A stretch of DNA of 45,236 bases from Acidobacteriaceae bacterium (GTDB lineage: Bacteria > Acidobacteriota > Terriglobia > Terriglobales > Acidobacteriaceae): NCBI GenBank assembly GCA_043765355.1, contig JAYUJG010000224.1, positions 1-45,236 on the forward strand, written 5' to 3'. The notes beneath the pieces are model-generated. The model was not told where the DNA came from, made no database searches, and saw nothing but the letters and a program-made list of their open reading frames with translations. A program made the translations under genes and the position numbers. Within the stretch, counting starts at the first letter, position 1, and every line of letters begins with the position of its first letter. This document shows positions 28,171 through 38,035 of this stretch, in pieces.

Positions 28171-29865
28171 GTGAAAGCCCAAGCCGCCGCAGTGACCGAC
28201 CGCAGTGCGTCTCACGTTGCGGGAATAGCTGTCCTCGTTTCTCTCTTTTCTTTTCTCTACTACTTTCAGCGCGGCGATCTTCTCCTCTACGGCGACGCGG
28301 TGGCGCACATCAATATTGCACGGCGGGTGTTCGATTCGCGCACTCCCGGCCCGCTGCAATTGGGCACCGTCTGGCTGCCATTCCCGCATCTGTTGCTGAT
28401 TCCGTTTGTTTGGCCGAAGGCGATGTGGCAAGGCGGGGCGGGGGGATCGATTCCTTCGATGGTCGCCTACGTGCTCGGGGTGATGGGAATCTTTCGCCTG
28501 GTGCGCGGACTGCTTGAAGCCGATGTCCGCATGAAAGCGGCGGCGGTCGTGTCGGCGTGGGTCGCAGCCTTCGCTTTTGGGGCGAATCCGAATCTCATTT
28601 ATATGCAGGCTACGGCGATGACGGAGCCGCTGTATCTCGCGCTGTTTGTCTGGACGGTTGTGTACTTCGCGGAATTTGTTCACTGCCTCTCCAAAAATGG
28701 AGCAGATGGACTCGCGAAAAGAGCGCGCTCCTCCTTAGCCCGATGCGGACTGTGCCTGGCTGGCGCGGAACTTACTCGCTATGACGGGTGGTTTCTGGCG
28801 GGCTTTCTCGGGATCACGCTTCTCGCCCTGACTCTAAGACGCTGGCAGAATCGGGACCTACGGGTGCTGGCGGTGAAGTGTTTGCTGGGCATCGGGGTGG
28901 CTCCGGTATTGTGGCTGGGATACAACGGGATCGTGTATGGCAACGCGCTAGAGTTTGCGAACGGACCGTATTCGGCGAAGGCAATCGAGCGGCGCGTGGC
29001 GGCACCCAATCCGGCTTCGCACAATGCTGGCGTCGCGGCGAGTTATTTTCTGAAGTCGGCGCAACTGAATATGGCGGTTGGCGACTGGGGCCGTTTCTGG
29101 CTCGGGGCAGCTGTTCTGGCATTTGGGATCGCGGCGTGGAAGTGGCGCGGGTTGGCGGCGCCGATGATGCTGTTGTGGGTTCCGCTACTTTTCTATGCGC
29201 TCTCGATTGCGTATGGTTCGGTGCCGATGCATGTTTCCACCTGGTGGCCGTTTGCGACGTTCAACCAACGCTACGGCCTGCAGCTGTTGCCAATGTTTGC
29301 GGTCGCGGCGGGAGTGCTGGCGGCATTTGTATTTGGCTTGGCTCAGGGCGAGAGTAGGTTTCACGGGAGAAAGTTGGTGGCCGTTGTGCTTGCGCTCATG
29401 GCTGCCGGTTACGCGTCAGTGTGGCGGGCGACGCCGGAGTGCCTCAAGGAAGCGCGGAGCAACTGGGAAATAAGGAGTCCTTTGAATTCCGCCGTGCAGC
29501 GCGCCGTCGAGGGACTGCCGCGAAATTCGGTGTTTCTCATGGACCTGCGCGAACATGTGGGGGTGATGGAGCAGGCTGGAATTCCCCTGCGTCAAGTGAT
29601 TCACGGCGAAAATCATCGCGTGTGGAAGCGTCCATCCGATCCCGAGGGCCTATGGGAGCGGGCTTTGGCGGATCCGCCTCGCTATGTGGAATATGTAATC
29701 GCCTTTGGCGGCGATTCCGTCGACCAGTCCGCCAATTTGAAGAATCTCAGCCTGATCATGGAAATCCACGCGACCGGACAGCCCCGCGCGCGCATTTTCG
29801 CCACGTCCGAGTCGCTGCCAATGCCGCTTCGCCCAATGGACATCACCCCGAATCAATCGCGTTAA
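28171..29865 (+). CDS. polytopic membrane protein, putative GT-C-type (ArnT/PMT-like) glycosyltransferase
   Basis: 564 aa with GTG start. It has more than 10 hydrophobic segments, a first-loop motif LLYGDAVAHINIARRV, and a soluble C-terminal domain. The family assignment is tentative. Confidence 0.6.
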   Translation: MKAQAAAVTDRSASHVAGIAVLVSLFSFLYYFQRGDLLLYGDAVAHINIARRVFDSRTPGPLQLGTVWLPFPHLLLIPFVWPKAMWQGGAGGSIPSMVAYVLGVMGIFRLVRGLLEADVRMKAAAVVSAWVAAFAFGANPNLIYMQATAMTEPLYLALFVWTVVYFAEFVHCLSKNGADGLAKRARSSLARCGLCLAGAELTRYDGWFLAGFLGITLLALTLRRWQNRDLRVLAVKCLLGIGVAPVLWLGYNGIVYGNALEFANGPYSAKAIERRVAAPNPASHNAGVAASYFLKSAQLNMAVGDWGRFWLGAAVLAFGIAAWKWRGLAAPMMLLWVPLLFYALSIAYGSVPMHVSTWWPFATFNQRYGLQLLPMFAVAAGVLAAFVFGLAQGESRFHGRKLVAVVLALMAAGYASVWRATPECLKEARSNWEIRSPLNSAVQRAVEGLPRNSVFLMDLREHVGVMEQAGIPLRQVIHGENHRVWKRPSDPEGLWERALADPPRYVEYVIAFGGDSVDQSANLKNLSLIMEIHATGQPRARIFATSESLPMPLRPMDITPNQSR

Positions 29866-29935
29866 CCCTTCGCGTAAAAGCCGCAAAAATAAGGAGGATC
29901 GCGGTGATAGAATCCGCTGAAAGTTGGTGCGCGGT

Positions 29936-30640
29936 ATGAATCCATTCCATTCGATGATCGAAATGCTGCGGAATCACCTCGGTGTGGTGCTGACTTCGAC
30001 GATCGCACGATTGTTGCTGGCAGCGATCCTCGGCGGCGCGATTGGTTTGGAACGGCAGTGGCGACACAAGCCGGCGGGGCTGCGCACGAATATGTTTATC
30101 TGTTTTGGCGCGGCGATGTTCACCGTGCTCTCACGGCAACTGGCGGGCGCGGAGTCGGACAGCGCGCGCATCGCGGCGCAGATCATCCCCGGCATCGGCT
30201 TCATCGGCGCGGGCTCGATTCTGCACGCGAAAACGTCCGTTACGGGCCTGACTACGGCGGCTACGCTTTTTGTAGTCGCGTCGATCGGAATGGCGGCGGG
30301 CGGCGGCCTCTACCTGATCGCGCTCTTCGGCACACTGATGATTCTCACTTCGCTGGTGGTGCTCGGGCGAATGGAGGTGGCGTTCTCACTGAAGGCATTT
30401 GTGACCACTTACGAAGTGACGGGACGCGATGTGGATGGGATGTTGCGGGAAGTGAATCGCGTGCTCGATTCCGAGCAGCTCACGATGCACAGCGTGCACA
30501 TCGCGAATGCCGATCCGGATTTCCGCCTGGTTTTTTCGGTTGATGGCGAGCAGGGGCAACAGGGCGTGTTTTCTATCCGTTTGCACGAATCGTACGCCTT
30601 TGCCAGCGTGAGCACTCTCGGATCGATGGAACACGAATGA
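29936..30640 (+). CDS. mgtC: MgtC/SapB-family membrane protein with a C-terminal ACT-like domain
   Basis: LLLAAILGGAIGLERQWRHKPAGLRTNMFICFGAAMF is the MgtC signature. I set the start at ATG 29936 (MNPFHSM...). Confidence 0.85.
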   Translation: MNPFHSMIEMLRNHLGVVLTSTIARLLLAAILGGAIGLERQWRHKPAGLRTNMFICFGAAMFTVLSRQLAGAESDSARIAAQIIPGIGFIGAGSILHAKTSVTGLTTAATLFVVASIGMAAGGGLYLIALFGTLMILTSLVVLGRMEVAFSLKAFVTTYEVTGRDVDGMLREVNRVLDSEQLTMHSVHIANADPDFRLVFSVDGEQGQQGVFSIRLHESYAFASVSTLGSMEHE

Positions 30641-31458
30641 GTGCGCCAGCCGACAAACCTCAGTTAAAAACAATTCCTTTTACGAAAGTGTCGGCGTGCG
30701 GCAACGACTTTCTGATCGTGGAAGGTAAATGTGTTTCCGGCGCGCGGGATGACGATCTGTCTGCAATCAGCCGCCGCTTGTGCGATCGAAACAACGGAGT
30801 GGGCGCGGATGGCGTCGAATGGTTGTTTCCAGACGCGGAAGCCGATGTCAGCGCGCGGCTGATCAACGCCGACGGGTCCGAAGCGGAAATTTCGGGCAAC
30901 GGCACGCGCTCAGTGGCGGCGGAAATCTGTTCGCGCGAAAATAAGCTGGAAGTCGTAGTGCGTACCGGTGCTGGACTGAAATTGTGCCAACTTGTGTCGC
31001 GGCAAGGCTCGACGTTCGAGTTCGAAGTGGATATGGGCGCGCCGGAAGTTGGCGGCGAGTTGTCGATCGAGACCATGTGGCTGCGTGCGGTTGGAACGAG
31101 AGTCTCGATGGGCAATCCGCATTTTGTCGTCTTCGTTGAAAAGTTTCAGGAAGGATGGCAGCGGCAGGCCGCGCTGATCGGCACGCAACCGCAATTTCCG
31201 CAGGGCACAAATGTTGAGTACGTGGTCGTACGCGGTACGAATGAGATCGAGATCCGATTGTTTGAACGCGGTGTGGGAGAAACGTTGTCTTCGGGCACGG
31301 GATCGTGCGCGTCGGCGGTGGCTTCGATTGCCAGTGGACGCGCCGCTTCGCCGCTGACGGTGATTGCGCCGGGCGGCTCGCAGACGGTGCGGTGGGAGAA
31401 TCACGTTTACCTGCGAGGTCCGGCGACGATTGTCTGCCGGGGAGAGTTCTTCGTTTAA
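30637..31458 (+). CDS. dapF: diaminopimelate epimerase
   Basis: 273 aa. The two catalytic Cys motifs are SACGNDFLIV and SSGTGSCASAVA. The start overlaps the mgtC stop (ATGA). Confidence 0.9.
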   Translation: MSAPADKPQLKTIPFTKVSACGNDFLIVEGKCVSGARDDDLSAISRRLCDRNNGVGADGVEWLFPDAEADVSARLINADGSEAEISGNGTRSVAAEICSRENKLEVVVRTGAGLKLCQLVSRQGSTFEFEVDMGAPEVGGELSIETMWLRAVGTRVSMGNPHFVVFVEKFQEGWQRQAALIGTQPQFPQGTNVEYVVVRGTNEIEIRLFERGVGETLSSGTGSCASAVASIASGRAASPLTVIAPGGSQTVRWENHVYLRGPATIVCRGEFFV

Positions 31459-31487
31459 GATCGTCTGGATGTAAGACCGAGCCTCGA

Positions 31488-32438
31488 GTGCCGTCCGCTT
31501 CCAACAACCCGCGAATTAAGCCGCGCGCGCTCCGTCCGGGCGACAAAGTAGGGATCGTTGCGCCGGCGTCGAACGTCAAGCGCGAAGCTCTGCAGGCGGG
31601 GTGCGACGGTCTTCGGCGCGCCGGGTACGAGCCGTTTTACTTCGACTCGATTCTGGAGCGTGATCTCTTTTTCGCTGGCTCAGTCGAGCGGCGCGCGCGT
31701 GAGTTGGAAGAGATGTTTATCCGAGACGATATCCGCGCGATTGTTTGCGCGCGCGGAGGTTATGGATCGAACCACATTTTGCCCGCGCTAGACCTGAAGA
31801 AGATCGCTCAGCATCCGAAGATCTTTGTGGGATACAGCGATCTGACGTCGCTGCTGACCTGGTTTGCCGATGCGGGGAGTTTTGTGACTTTTCACGGTCC
31901 GATGGTGGCCAAAGATTTTGCAGTTGGCGACGGCGTGGACATGGCCTCGTGGCTAAGCGCGTTGTCGGAGACCGCGGAGTGGGAGATCGGCGGTGGATCA
32001 GGCGCGAAGCCGCTGGTGGCGGGGATCGCCGAAGGCACGCTCTATGCCGGATGTCTGTCGATCCTGGTCGCGTCGCTCGGCACTCCATACGAAATTCAAA
32101 CGGCGGGGACGATTTTGTTCATGGAAGACATTGCGGCGAAGCCGTTCCAGATTGACCGTATGCTGATGCAATTAAAGCTGGCCGGGAAACTGAAGGACGT
32201 GCGTGGCATTGTCTTTGGCGAGATGCTCGACTGCCGGCAAAGCGCTTCGCAAGACTACACGCTGCAAGAGGTGGTGTTGCGAGTGGTCGGTGATCTCGGG
32301 ATTCCAGTGGCGTTTGGGCTGCGTTCGGGGCATGTTTCGCGAGCGAATATTACGCTGCCGATCGGGGTTCGCGCTCGGTTGGACGTGCGGGACAGTGTGA
32401 CGCTGAAGATTGTGGAAGCCGCCGTGGAAGAGCGGTGA
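31488..32438 (+). CDS. ldcA: LD-carboxypeptidase (peptidase S66)
   Basis: LRPGDKVGIVAPAS, the nucleophile motif FVGYSDLTS, FMEDIAAKPFQIDRML and GLRSGH. I chose the in-frame GTG at 31488 after the dapF stop. The ORF-track start at 31305 overlaps dapF. Confidence 0.85.
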   Translation: MPSASNNPRIKPRALRPGDKVGIVAPASNVKREALQAGCDGLRRAGYEPFYFDSILERDLFFAGSVERRARELEEMFIRDDIRAIVCARGGYGSNHILPALDLKKIAQHPKIFVGYSDLTSLLTWFADAGSFVTFHGPMVAKDFAVGDGVDMASWLSALSETAEWEIGGGSGAKPLVAGIAEGTLYAGCLSILVASLGTPYEIQTAGTILFMEDIAAKPFQIDRMLMQLKLAGKLKDVRGIVFGEMLDCRQSASQDYTLQEVVLRVVGDLGIPVAFGLRSGHVSRANITLPIGVRARLDVRDSVTLKIVEAAVEER

Positions 32439-32478
32439 CCAGCAAGAGCGCGATTTGGCCCGACAACTCACAAGCACA

Positions 32479-33948
32479 ATGACGAATTCCAAACACATTC
32501 ACCTGATCGGTATCTGCGGCACGGCGATGGCCTCGCTGGCGGGCATGTTGCAAGAGCGCGGCCATCGCGTCACAGGCTCGGATGCGTCGTCGTATCCTCC
32601 GATGTCGACGTTTCTCGAATCGCTGGGTATCACCGTTGCGCAGCCGTTTGCCGAAGAGAACCTAAGTCCAAGGCCTGATTTGGTCGTTGTGGGCAACGCG
32701 CTTTCTCGCGGGAACGTGGAGCTCGAGCTTGTTCTAGACCAGCGGATTCCGTTTTGTTCGCTGCCGCAGATTCTGCATGACGAGTTTCTCGTTGGCAAAA
32801 ATGTTCTCGTGGTTGCTGGAACGCATGGCAAGACGACCACGACCTCGATGCTGGCCTGGATCTTCGAGAGTGCGGGTCTTCAGCCATCGTTTCTGATCGG
32901 TGGCATCGCGGAGAACTTCGGGCGTAGTTTTGGGCTTGGCGAAGGCAAGCACTTTATTTTGGAGGGCGATGAATACGACACCGCGTTCTTCGATAAGGGG
33001 CCGAAGTTCCTGCACTACTTTCCGGACGCGGTGATTCTCACCTCGGTGGAATTCGACCACGCCGATATCTACAAGGATCTCGATGCGGTGGAGACGGCGT
33101 TCAAGCGACTGGTGAACCTGGTTCCGCGCAGAGGTCGAATTGTCGGGTTCGATTCGGGGGACGCGACGAATGCGAGTCTTGACCGCTGCATGGCCAAGGC
33201 TTTCTGTCCGGTGGAACGCTATGGCGCCGCCGATGGTGCGGAAAAACACCCAGAAAATCGCGCGGGCTGGAGAGTTACAAATCTGAAGTTGGGCGAGGAG
33301 CGGACTTCGTGGTCGGTGCTGCGCGATGGGAAACTTTGGGCAGACTTAGAATTTGCGCTGGGCGGAGAATACAACGTCTGGAATGCCACGGCTGCCGCAG
33401 CTTTGGCGGCGAACTATGAAATTCCCAAAGACGCGATTGCGAAAGCTCTGCAAACATTTCGCAGTGTGAAACGCCGGTTGGAAGTCAAAGCGCAGGTGAA
33501 TGGGATCACGATCATCGACGATTTTGCGCACCATCCTACGGCCATCGAGCAGACGATCAAGGCGTTGCGAGCGCGCTATCCGCAATCGCGTCTGTGGGTC
33601 GTGCTCGAGCCGCGGTCGAACACGATGCGGCGCAACGTGCTGCAGGACGCGCTGGCCCAGAGCCTGGCGCTTGCGGACGAAGTCGTGGTTGCGGCGATCT
33701 TCAAGTCTGACGCGATTCCTGAGGCGGAGCGGCTTGATCTGAATCGCGTGGTGCACGTAATTCAGCGGTGCGGCAAACAGGCGCGCATCCTGGCCGACGC
33801 CGACGCCATCGTCGACGCCATCGCTCCCGAACTGCGCGAGCGCGACGTGATTGCCATTCTCTCCAATGGCGGCTTTGGCGGTATCTATGAGAAGCTTCCC
33901 CAACGCTTGCGATCGCTCGAAGTGAAAGCTTTTGGGGTAAAGAACTAA
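32479..33948 (+). CDS. mpl: UDP-N-acetylmuramate:L-alanyl-gamma-D-glutamyl-meso-DAP ligase
   Basis: MTNSKHIHLIGICGTAMASLAGML, GTHGKTTTTSM (P-loop) and EGDEYDTAFFDK, typical of Mur ligase / Mpl. The start is the internal ATG at 32479. Confidence 0.9.
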   Translation: MTNSKHIHLIGICGTAMASLAGMLQERGHRVTGSDASSYPPMSTFLESLGITVAQPFAEENLSPRPDLVVVGNALSRGNVELELVLDQRIPFCSLPQILHDEFLVGKNVLVVAGTHGKTTTTSMLAWIFESAGLQPSFLIGGIAENFGRSFGLGEGKHFILEGDEYDTAFFDKGPKFLHYFPDAVILTSVEFDHADIYKDLDAVETAFKRLVNLVPRRGRIVGFDSGDATNASLDRCMAKAFCPVERYGAADGAEKHPENRAGWRVTNLKLGEERTSWSVLRDGKLWADLEFALGGEYNVWNATAAAALAANYEIPKDAIAKALQTFRSVKRRLEVKAQVNGITIIDDFAHHPTAIEQTIKALRARYPQSRLWVVLEPRSNTMRRNVLQDALAQSLALADEVVVAAIFKSDAIPEAERLDLNRVVHVIQRCGKQARILADADAIVDAIAPELRERDVIAILSNGGFGGIYEKLPQRLRSLEVKAFGVKN

Positions 33949-34656
33949 GTGTTTCGCACCCTCGCCATGTTGGTGTTCTGGGCCGCGTCGCTTCCGGTTG
34001 CCGCGGTACTGGGTTTTCCGTGGACCTACCTGACCAAAGACATCGATTTTTTGTACAACTCCTGCATGTGGGTGGCGTGGACTGGAGTGCGCATCGCAGG
34101 CGTGAAGGTTCAAACGCTGGGTCTGGAGAAAATTGATCCGGCGCGGACCTACATCTTCATGTCGAATCATATTTCGAATCTCGATCCTCCGATCACGCTG
34201 CCGCTGATTCCGCGCCGGACGTCGGTGATGGTCAAGAAGGAATTGTTCAAGGTCCCAATTCTCGGACGGATCATGTTGATCGGATCGCTGGTCCCGGTCG
34301 ACCGCAGAAATCGCGATGCGGGAATCACCGCTGTGCGCGATGCGGTTAAGGCCATCGAACTTGGGTTGAACATGACGATTTACGTAGAAGGGAAGCGCTC
34401 GTTCGATGGCAAGCTGCTGCCTTTCAAGAAGGGGCCGTTCTATCTTGCCGAGGAATGTCATGTGCCGGTCGTGCCGATCACGATTTCAGGGACTGAGGCT
34501 GTCATGCCGAAAACACGGTTTGCGATTCGTCCGGGATTGGTGACGGTGCAGTTTCACGATCCGATCGAACCCGCGGAGTTTGGAGAACGCGAATGCCTGA
34601 TGGCTAAGGTGCGAGCGGCGATTAACGGAGGTCTGCCGGAGGGGCTGAGGGAATGA
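33949..34656 (+). CDS. plsC: 1-acyl-sn-glycerol-3-phosphate acyltransferase
   Basis: 235 aa. The HX4D motif appears as NHISNLDP, with a YVEGKRS block. GTG start comes directly after the mpl stop. Confidence 0.85.
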   Translation: MFRTLAMLVFWAASLPVAAVLGFPWTYLTKDIDFLYNSCMWVAWTGVRIAGVKVQTLGLEKIDPARTYIFMSNHISNLDPPITLPLIPRRTSVMVKKELFKVPILGRIMLIGSLVPVDRRNRDAGITAVRDAVKAIELGLNMTIYVEGKRSFDGKLLPFKKGPFYLAEECHVPVVPITISGTEAVMPKTRFAIRPGLVTVQFHDPIEPAEFGERECLMAKVRAAINGGLPEGLRE

Positions 34657-34701
34657 TATGGAGAATTCCATCCCATTGGTCTTGATTTGTGGAAGAGAAA
34701 T

Positions 34702-34729
34702 CCCGCCCTTCGCTTCGCGATAGGGCGGG
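34702..34729. terminator. stem-loop between convergent genes
   Basis: cccgccc-(14 nt)-gggcggg lies between the plsC stop (34656) and the stop of the minus-strand membrane gene (34743). Confidence 0.35.
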
Positions 34730-34742
34730 GCACCCGCTTGCT

Positions 34743-35678
34743 TTAACTCTTTCCCTTGTGCGGTGCGGGCTTGCGGTTGACGACCCTGGAACCATCGGCG
34801 GTTGGCTTTGACCAATCGCTGCTCGACAGGATCCGATCCACGGTTTGTTCTACTCTCGAAATGAAGCCTGCGTCTGGGTCCGAGACACCGGCGGATGTAG
34901 CCAGTGTCAGGCCTAGAGGATTCGGGTTCCTGATGGGCTCGACCCTTGGCACCAGGTGCGGCTGCTGACTCAGATAGCCGACCCAGACCAGAGTGACGAG
35001 GTTGTAGGCCGTACTCTTCAGCAGACTGATAGTGGCGGCGTGGGCGTTGCCATAGCCGTACCACATCACAAAACTTACAAGGATAAGCTCAACGCTGGCA
35101 AAGACTCCGAATCCGAGGGCGATTCCGAATACGGGTTGGCGCCAGTAATTTCTAAAAATTCGGCAAAGAAGCATTAGGAGCAAGAAGAGGCCGGTCTGCA
35201 TCAGGCGTAGGCCGCGATCAAAGGCAAACACCGCCGCGACTACCCGGTCTCCACTGGTTTGGGCACTCGATAGGGCGCCGATGATGGCCAGCAGAATGAG
35301 CAGCCCGCACGACCAGCGGAAGATGGTAGTGCCCAGGATTTGAATTCCACCATACTCGCGAAAGAGATTGCGCAATATTTCATCCATGACCACGACGGCG
35401 AAAATTACACTGACTGCGTTTCCGGTCCAGTAGGCGTCGAAGTAGTAGCTCTCGTCGAAGTAGCGGTAGACGACGAACAGGCATGCCGATTTGAGGATCT
35501 GAAACAGGATGTAAGAGAAGAAGTGTGGAAACGCGCCGTAGTACTTACGCCGGATCATGAAGATCAAAAGGGTGATCTGCAACAGCGGACCGGCAAGCCA
35601 GCTCACATACATCGTCCAGTTCATGGCGTCACTTACGTGTAACGCTCGAAGCATACCTACCCCGCGACCGCTCTGCAA
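34743..35678 (-). CDS. polytopic integral membrane protein, function unknown
   Basis: 311-aa ORF with about 7 hydrophobic segments. The start may be the internal ATG at 35624 (MNWTMYVSW...). I recognise no motif. Confidence 0.55.
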   Translation of the reverse strand: MQSGRGVGMLRALHVSDAMNWTMYVSWLAGPLLQITLLIFMIRRKYYGAFPHFFSYILFQILKSACLFVVYRYFDESYYFDAYWTGNAVSVIFAVVVMDEILRNLFREYGGIQILGTTIFRWSCGLLILLAIIGALSSAQTSGDRVVAAVFAFDRGLRLMQTGLFLLLMLLCRIFRNYWRQPVFGIALGFGVFASVELILVSFVMWYGYGNAHAATISLLKSTAYNLVTLVWVGYLSQQPHLVPRVEPIRNPNPLGLTLATSAGVSDPDAGFISRVEQTVDRILSSSDWSKPTADGSRVVNRKPAPHKGKS

Positions 35679-35740
35679 TGTCTATTTTGCAGCAGCCCGC
35701 GTCGATCTCAGGGATTCAGCCTAGATTCTATTTTTTGAAT

Positions 35741-35935
35741 TTATTTGTTCACCACCTGGCCGCAGTGCCGCTTGCGGCAGAGAGGCATCGGGTCGCTGCC
35801 GTCGGCAACGATCACCGACTGTTCGGCTCGAATGCCTGAATTGACAGGCTGTGAGTTGCTCTTTGAGGTTGGCATTGCGCTGTACAGCCCGGCCAGTGCC
35901 AGAATGGTGAGCAGGACTTCAAGTTTCTTGTTCAT
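35741..35935 (-). CDS. small secreted or lipid-anchored hypothetical protein
   Basis: The 64-aa reading MNKKLEVLLTILALAGLYSAMPTSK...CRKRHCGQVVNK starts at an internal ATG preceded by AAGGAG about 12 nt upstream. The upstream part of the 143-aa ORF is Arg-rich and overlaps lpxD. Confidence 0.4.
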   Translation of the reverse strand: MNKKLEVLLTILALAGLYSAMPTSKSNSQPVNSGIRAEQSVIVADGSDPMPLCRKRHCGQVVNK

Positions 35936-36093
35936 TGGGGGAGGTCTCCTTGCGCGGAGTATTGCGCGAGGCGAAGTATATGCCGAGACGGGGGTGCGTG
36001 GGCGAGAGAATTTGGAGATGGCGTAGTCGGTTGGGCAGGCCTTCCGTTTCCGTTTGTGTGAGCGATTCTCCTGCAGGACGACTAGAGTGGAAT

Positions 36094-37098
36094 TCAATCG
36101 CGCTCGGATAGCTTTTTTACCGCTCTGGCAATCTCCGGCAGCTTCGCGTAGGCGGCGCAACATTTCAGCCACAATCTGTGGTCGATGGCGGGAGCGCCGC
36201 TGACCATTGCTCCCGGAGCGACGTCGTGGGGAATGCCACTTTGTGCGATGGCGATAGCGCCGTCGCCGATTTTGACGTGGCCTGAGACGCCGACTTGTCC
36301 GGCGAGAATGACGTTGTTGCCTACGTCGGTAGTGCCGGCCAAGCCAACCTGGGCGCAGAGCAGCGTGTCGTGGCCGATGGCGCAGCTATGGCCTACGTGG
36401 ACCATGTTGTCGATCTTTGCGCCGCGACCGATGCGCGTTTCGCCGATGCTGGCACGGTCGATACAGGCATTGGCTTGAATCTCCACGTCGCTTTCTACCG
36501 TCACATTTCCCGATTGGACGATTTTGTGCCAGCGGTTCGCGTCGTCTTTGGCAAAGCCAAAGCCGTCGGAGCCAACAACGGCGCCGTTCTGCAGCAGCAC
36601 GTTGTCTCCGAGGTGGCAGAATTCACGGACTACGGCGTGGGCGTGCGCGAAGAAATTGTGGCCAATGGTTGCTCCGCGATAGATGACTACGTGCGCTAGC
36701 AGGACGGCGTTGTCTCCGATCACTGCATCTTCGTCGATTGCCACGTAGGGGCCAACGTGCGGGTTCTTGCCTAGCTTCGCCTTCGGATGTACTGCCGCCG
36801 TGGGGTGGACTCCCGGAACATAGCGCGGCGGCTGATAGAAGAGCTCCAGAGCCTTTGCCCAGGCTAGATATGGATTCTTGCTGCGCAGCATTCCGGTGGG
36901 CAGGGTGGGGAAGTTCTCCGAGACAATTACTGCCGAGGCATTGGTGATCTTGGCGGCGGCGTTGTATTTCGGGTTGGAGACGAAGGTTAGCTGTCCAGGG
37001 CCGGCATGTTCGATGCCGGAGACGCCGGTGATTTCTGTGTCGGGATGGGCGTTGTCGAGGCTGGCGCTTAGGACGTTGGCGATGTCTCTTAGTCTCAT
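36094..37098 (-). CDS. lpxD: UDP-3-O-acylglucosamine N-acyltransferase
   Basis: [10 protein letters not shown]...[10 protein letters not shown]-terminal domain followed by a long left-handed beta-helix of hexapeptide repeats. The start is the internal ATG at 37098. Confidence 0.9.
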   Translation of the reverse strand: MRLRDIANVLSASLDNAHPDTEITGVSGIEHAGPGQLTFVSNPKYNAAAKITNASAVIVSENFPTLPTGMLRSKNPYLAWAKALELFYQPPRYVPGVHPTAAVHPKAKLGKNPHVGPYVAIDEDAVIGDNAVLLAHVVIYRGATIGHNFFAHAHAVVREFCHLGDNVLLQNGAVVGSDGFGFAKDDANRWHKIVQSGNVTVESDVEIQANACIDRASIGETRIGRGAKIDNMVHVGHSCAIGHDTLLCAQVGLAGTTDVGNNVILAGQVGVSGHVKIGDGAIAIAQSGIPHDVAPGAMVSGAPAIDHRLWLKCCAAYAKLPEIARAVKKLSERD

Positions 37099-37225
37099 GG
37101 CTGTGTCTCGTCGGAATTGTAGCGGAAGGCCGGAGGACGGGTTGCAGGCGTTAGGGAAGTTCTGATCAAGTTCCGGGGTCCTCTGTGCTTCCCCAGAGTA
37201 CCCAGAGGAGCACATGGTACTTAGC

Positions 37226-37705
37226 TTACTGTTCAAACAGTGTGACTTGTCTGGTATCCGGTGCCCCGCCTTTGCGTCGACGGTTCGCTGCGCCGACTAC
37301 CGCCAAGACAGTGAGCGAAGCCAACGCGTCGCGCGGCACAAACACTCGCTGCGTATTCGAACGCAGGTCAGGAGGGTTCATCAGAAATCCTTCGGCTGGA
37401 TTTTGCGTCAGGTCGTTCGGCAGAATGCCTTCGATCACGTCGCTGTCTTTGAACTTCAGACGCACCCACAGGCCTTCGGTTCTGGGGCGGGTGGTGAAGG
37501 TTTTGCGGAGCAACAGGTCGGTGTCGGAAAATTCACGGACAAAATAAACGGCCTTGATGTCGCGCAGATCGATGGCGACCACATTGCCGGAAGTGTTGAG
37601 TAGTTCGAGTTTACCTTCCACTACAAAGTTCGCTGGAGAGACGAAGCCGCTGATCGAGTCGCGGTCGTGTTTTCGCACGATTACTTTTTTGTGGGTCGAG
37701 GGCAT
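37226..37705 (-). CDS. conserved-looking hypothetical protein upstream of lpxD
   Basis: 159 aa with two similar beta-rich halves ([17 protein letters not shown]...[10 protein letters not shown] and [17 protein letters not shown]...[10 protein letters not shown]). I cannot name a family. Confidence 0.6.
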   Translation of the reverse strand: MPSTHKKVIVRKHDRDSISGFVSPANFVVEGKLELLNTSGNVVAIDLRDIKAVYFVREFSDTDLLLRKTFTTRPRTEGLWVRLKFKDSDVIEGILPNDLTQNPAEGFLMNPPDLRSNTQRVFVPRDALASLTVLAVVGAANRRRKGGAPDTRQVTLFEQ

Positions 37706-37871
37706 GGGGCCAGAGACGCTTTCAAACCCCGCACCGATAGCGCAGTGTGCAGCGGTGGCTCGAAAGCTCCAGATGCGATTCTCGCACTTTAATGGGCAGT
37801 ATCCCGATGAATTCGCACAGTTTGTGCCTTCACAGTAGCCAAACGGTAAACCTTGTGTTATTTTCTGTAGC

Positions 37872-37900
37872 TTGCTGGAATTTGTAATTTGCGGTATAAG
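37872..37900 (+). promoter_or_regulatory. sigma-70-like promoter candidate for the 38036 gene
   Basis: TTGCTG (37872-37877), then 17 nt, then TATAAG (37895-37900), in an AT-rich divergent spacer. This would give a leader of about 130 nt. It rests on pattern alone. Confidence 0.3.
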
Positions 37901-38035
37901 TCTAATGTCTAGAGTGAGTTAGATTCCGCAGGCCAGAGCCTCGCCGAGATGCGAGCGGTCTCCCTGTGGAAATGTTGTGAATAACGCCCGAAGTCCGCCA
38001 ATGTGAAGCGGCTACGGTCGGGCGACTAGGAAGGC

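Noticed and set aside
33346-34461. 371-aa minus-strand ORF
   Set aside because: It is antisense to mpl and plsC, both motif-supported. It is an Arg-rich shadow ORF.
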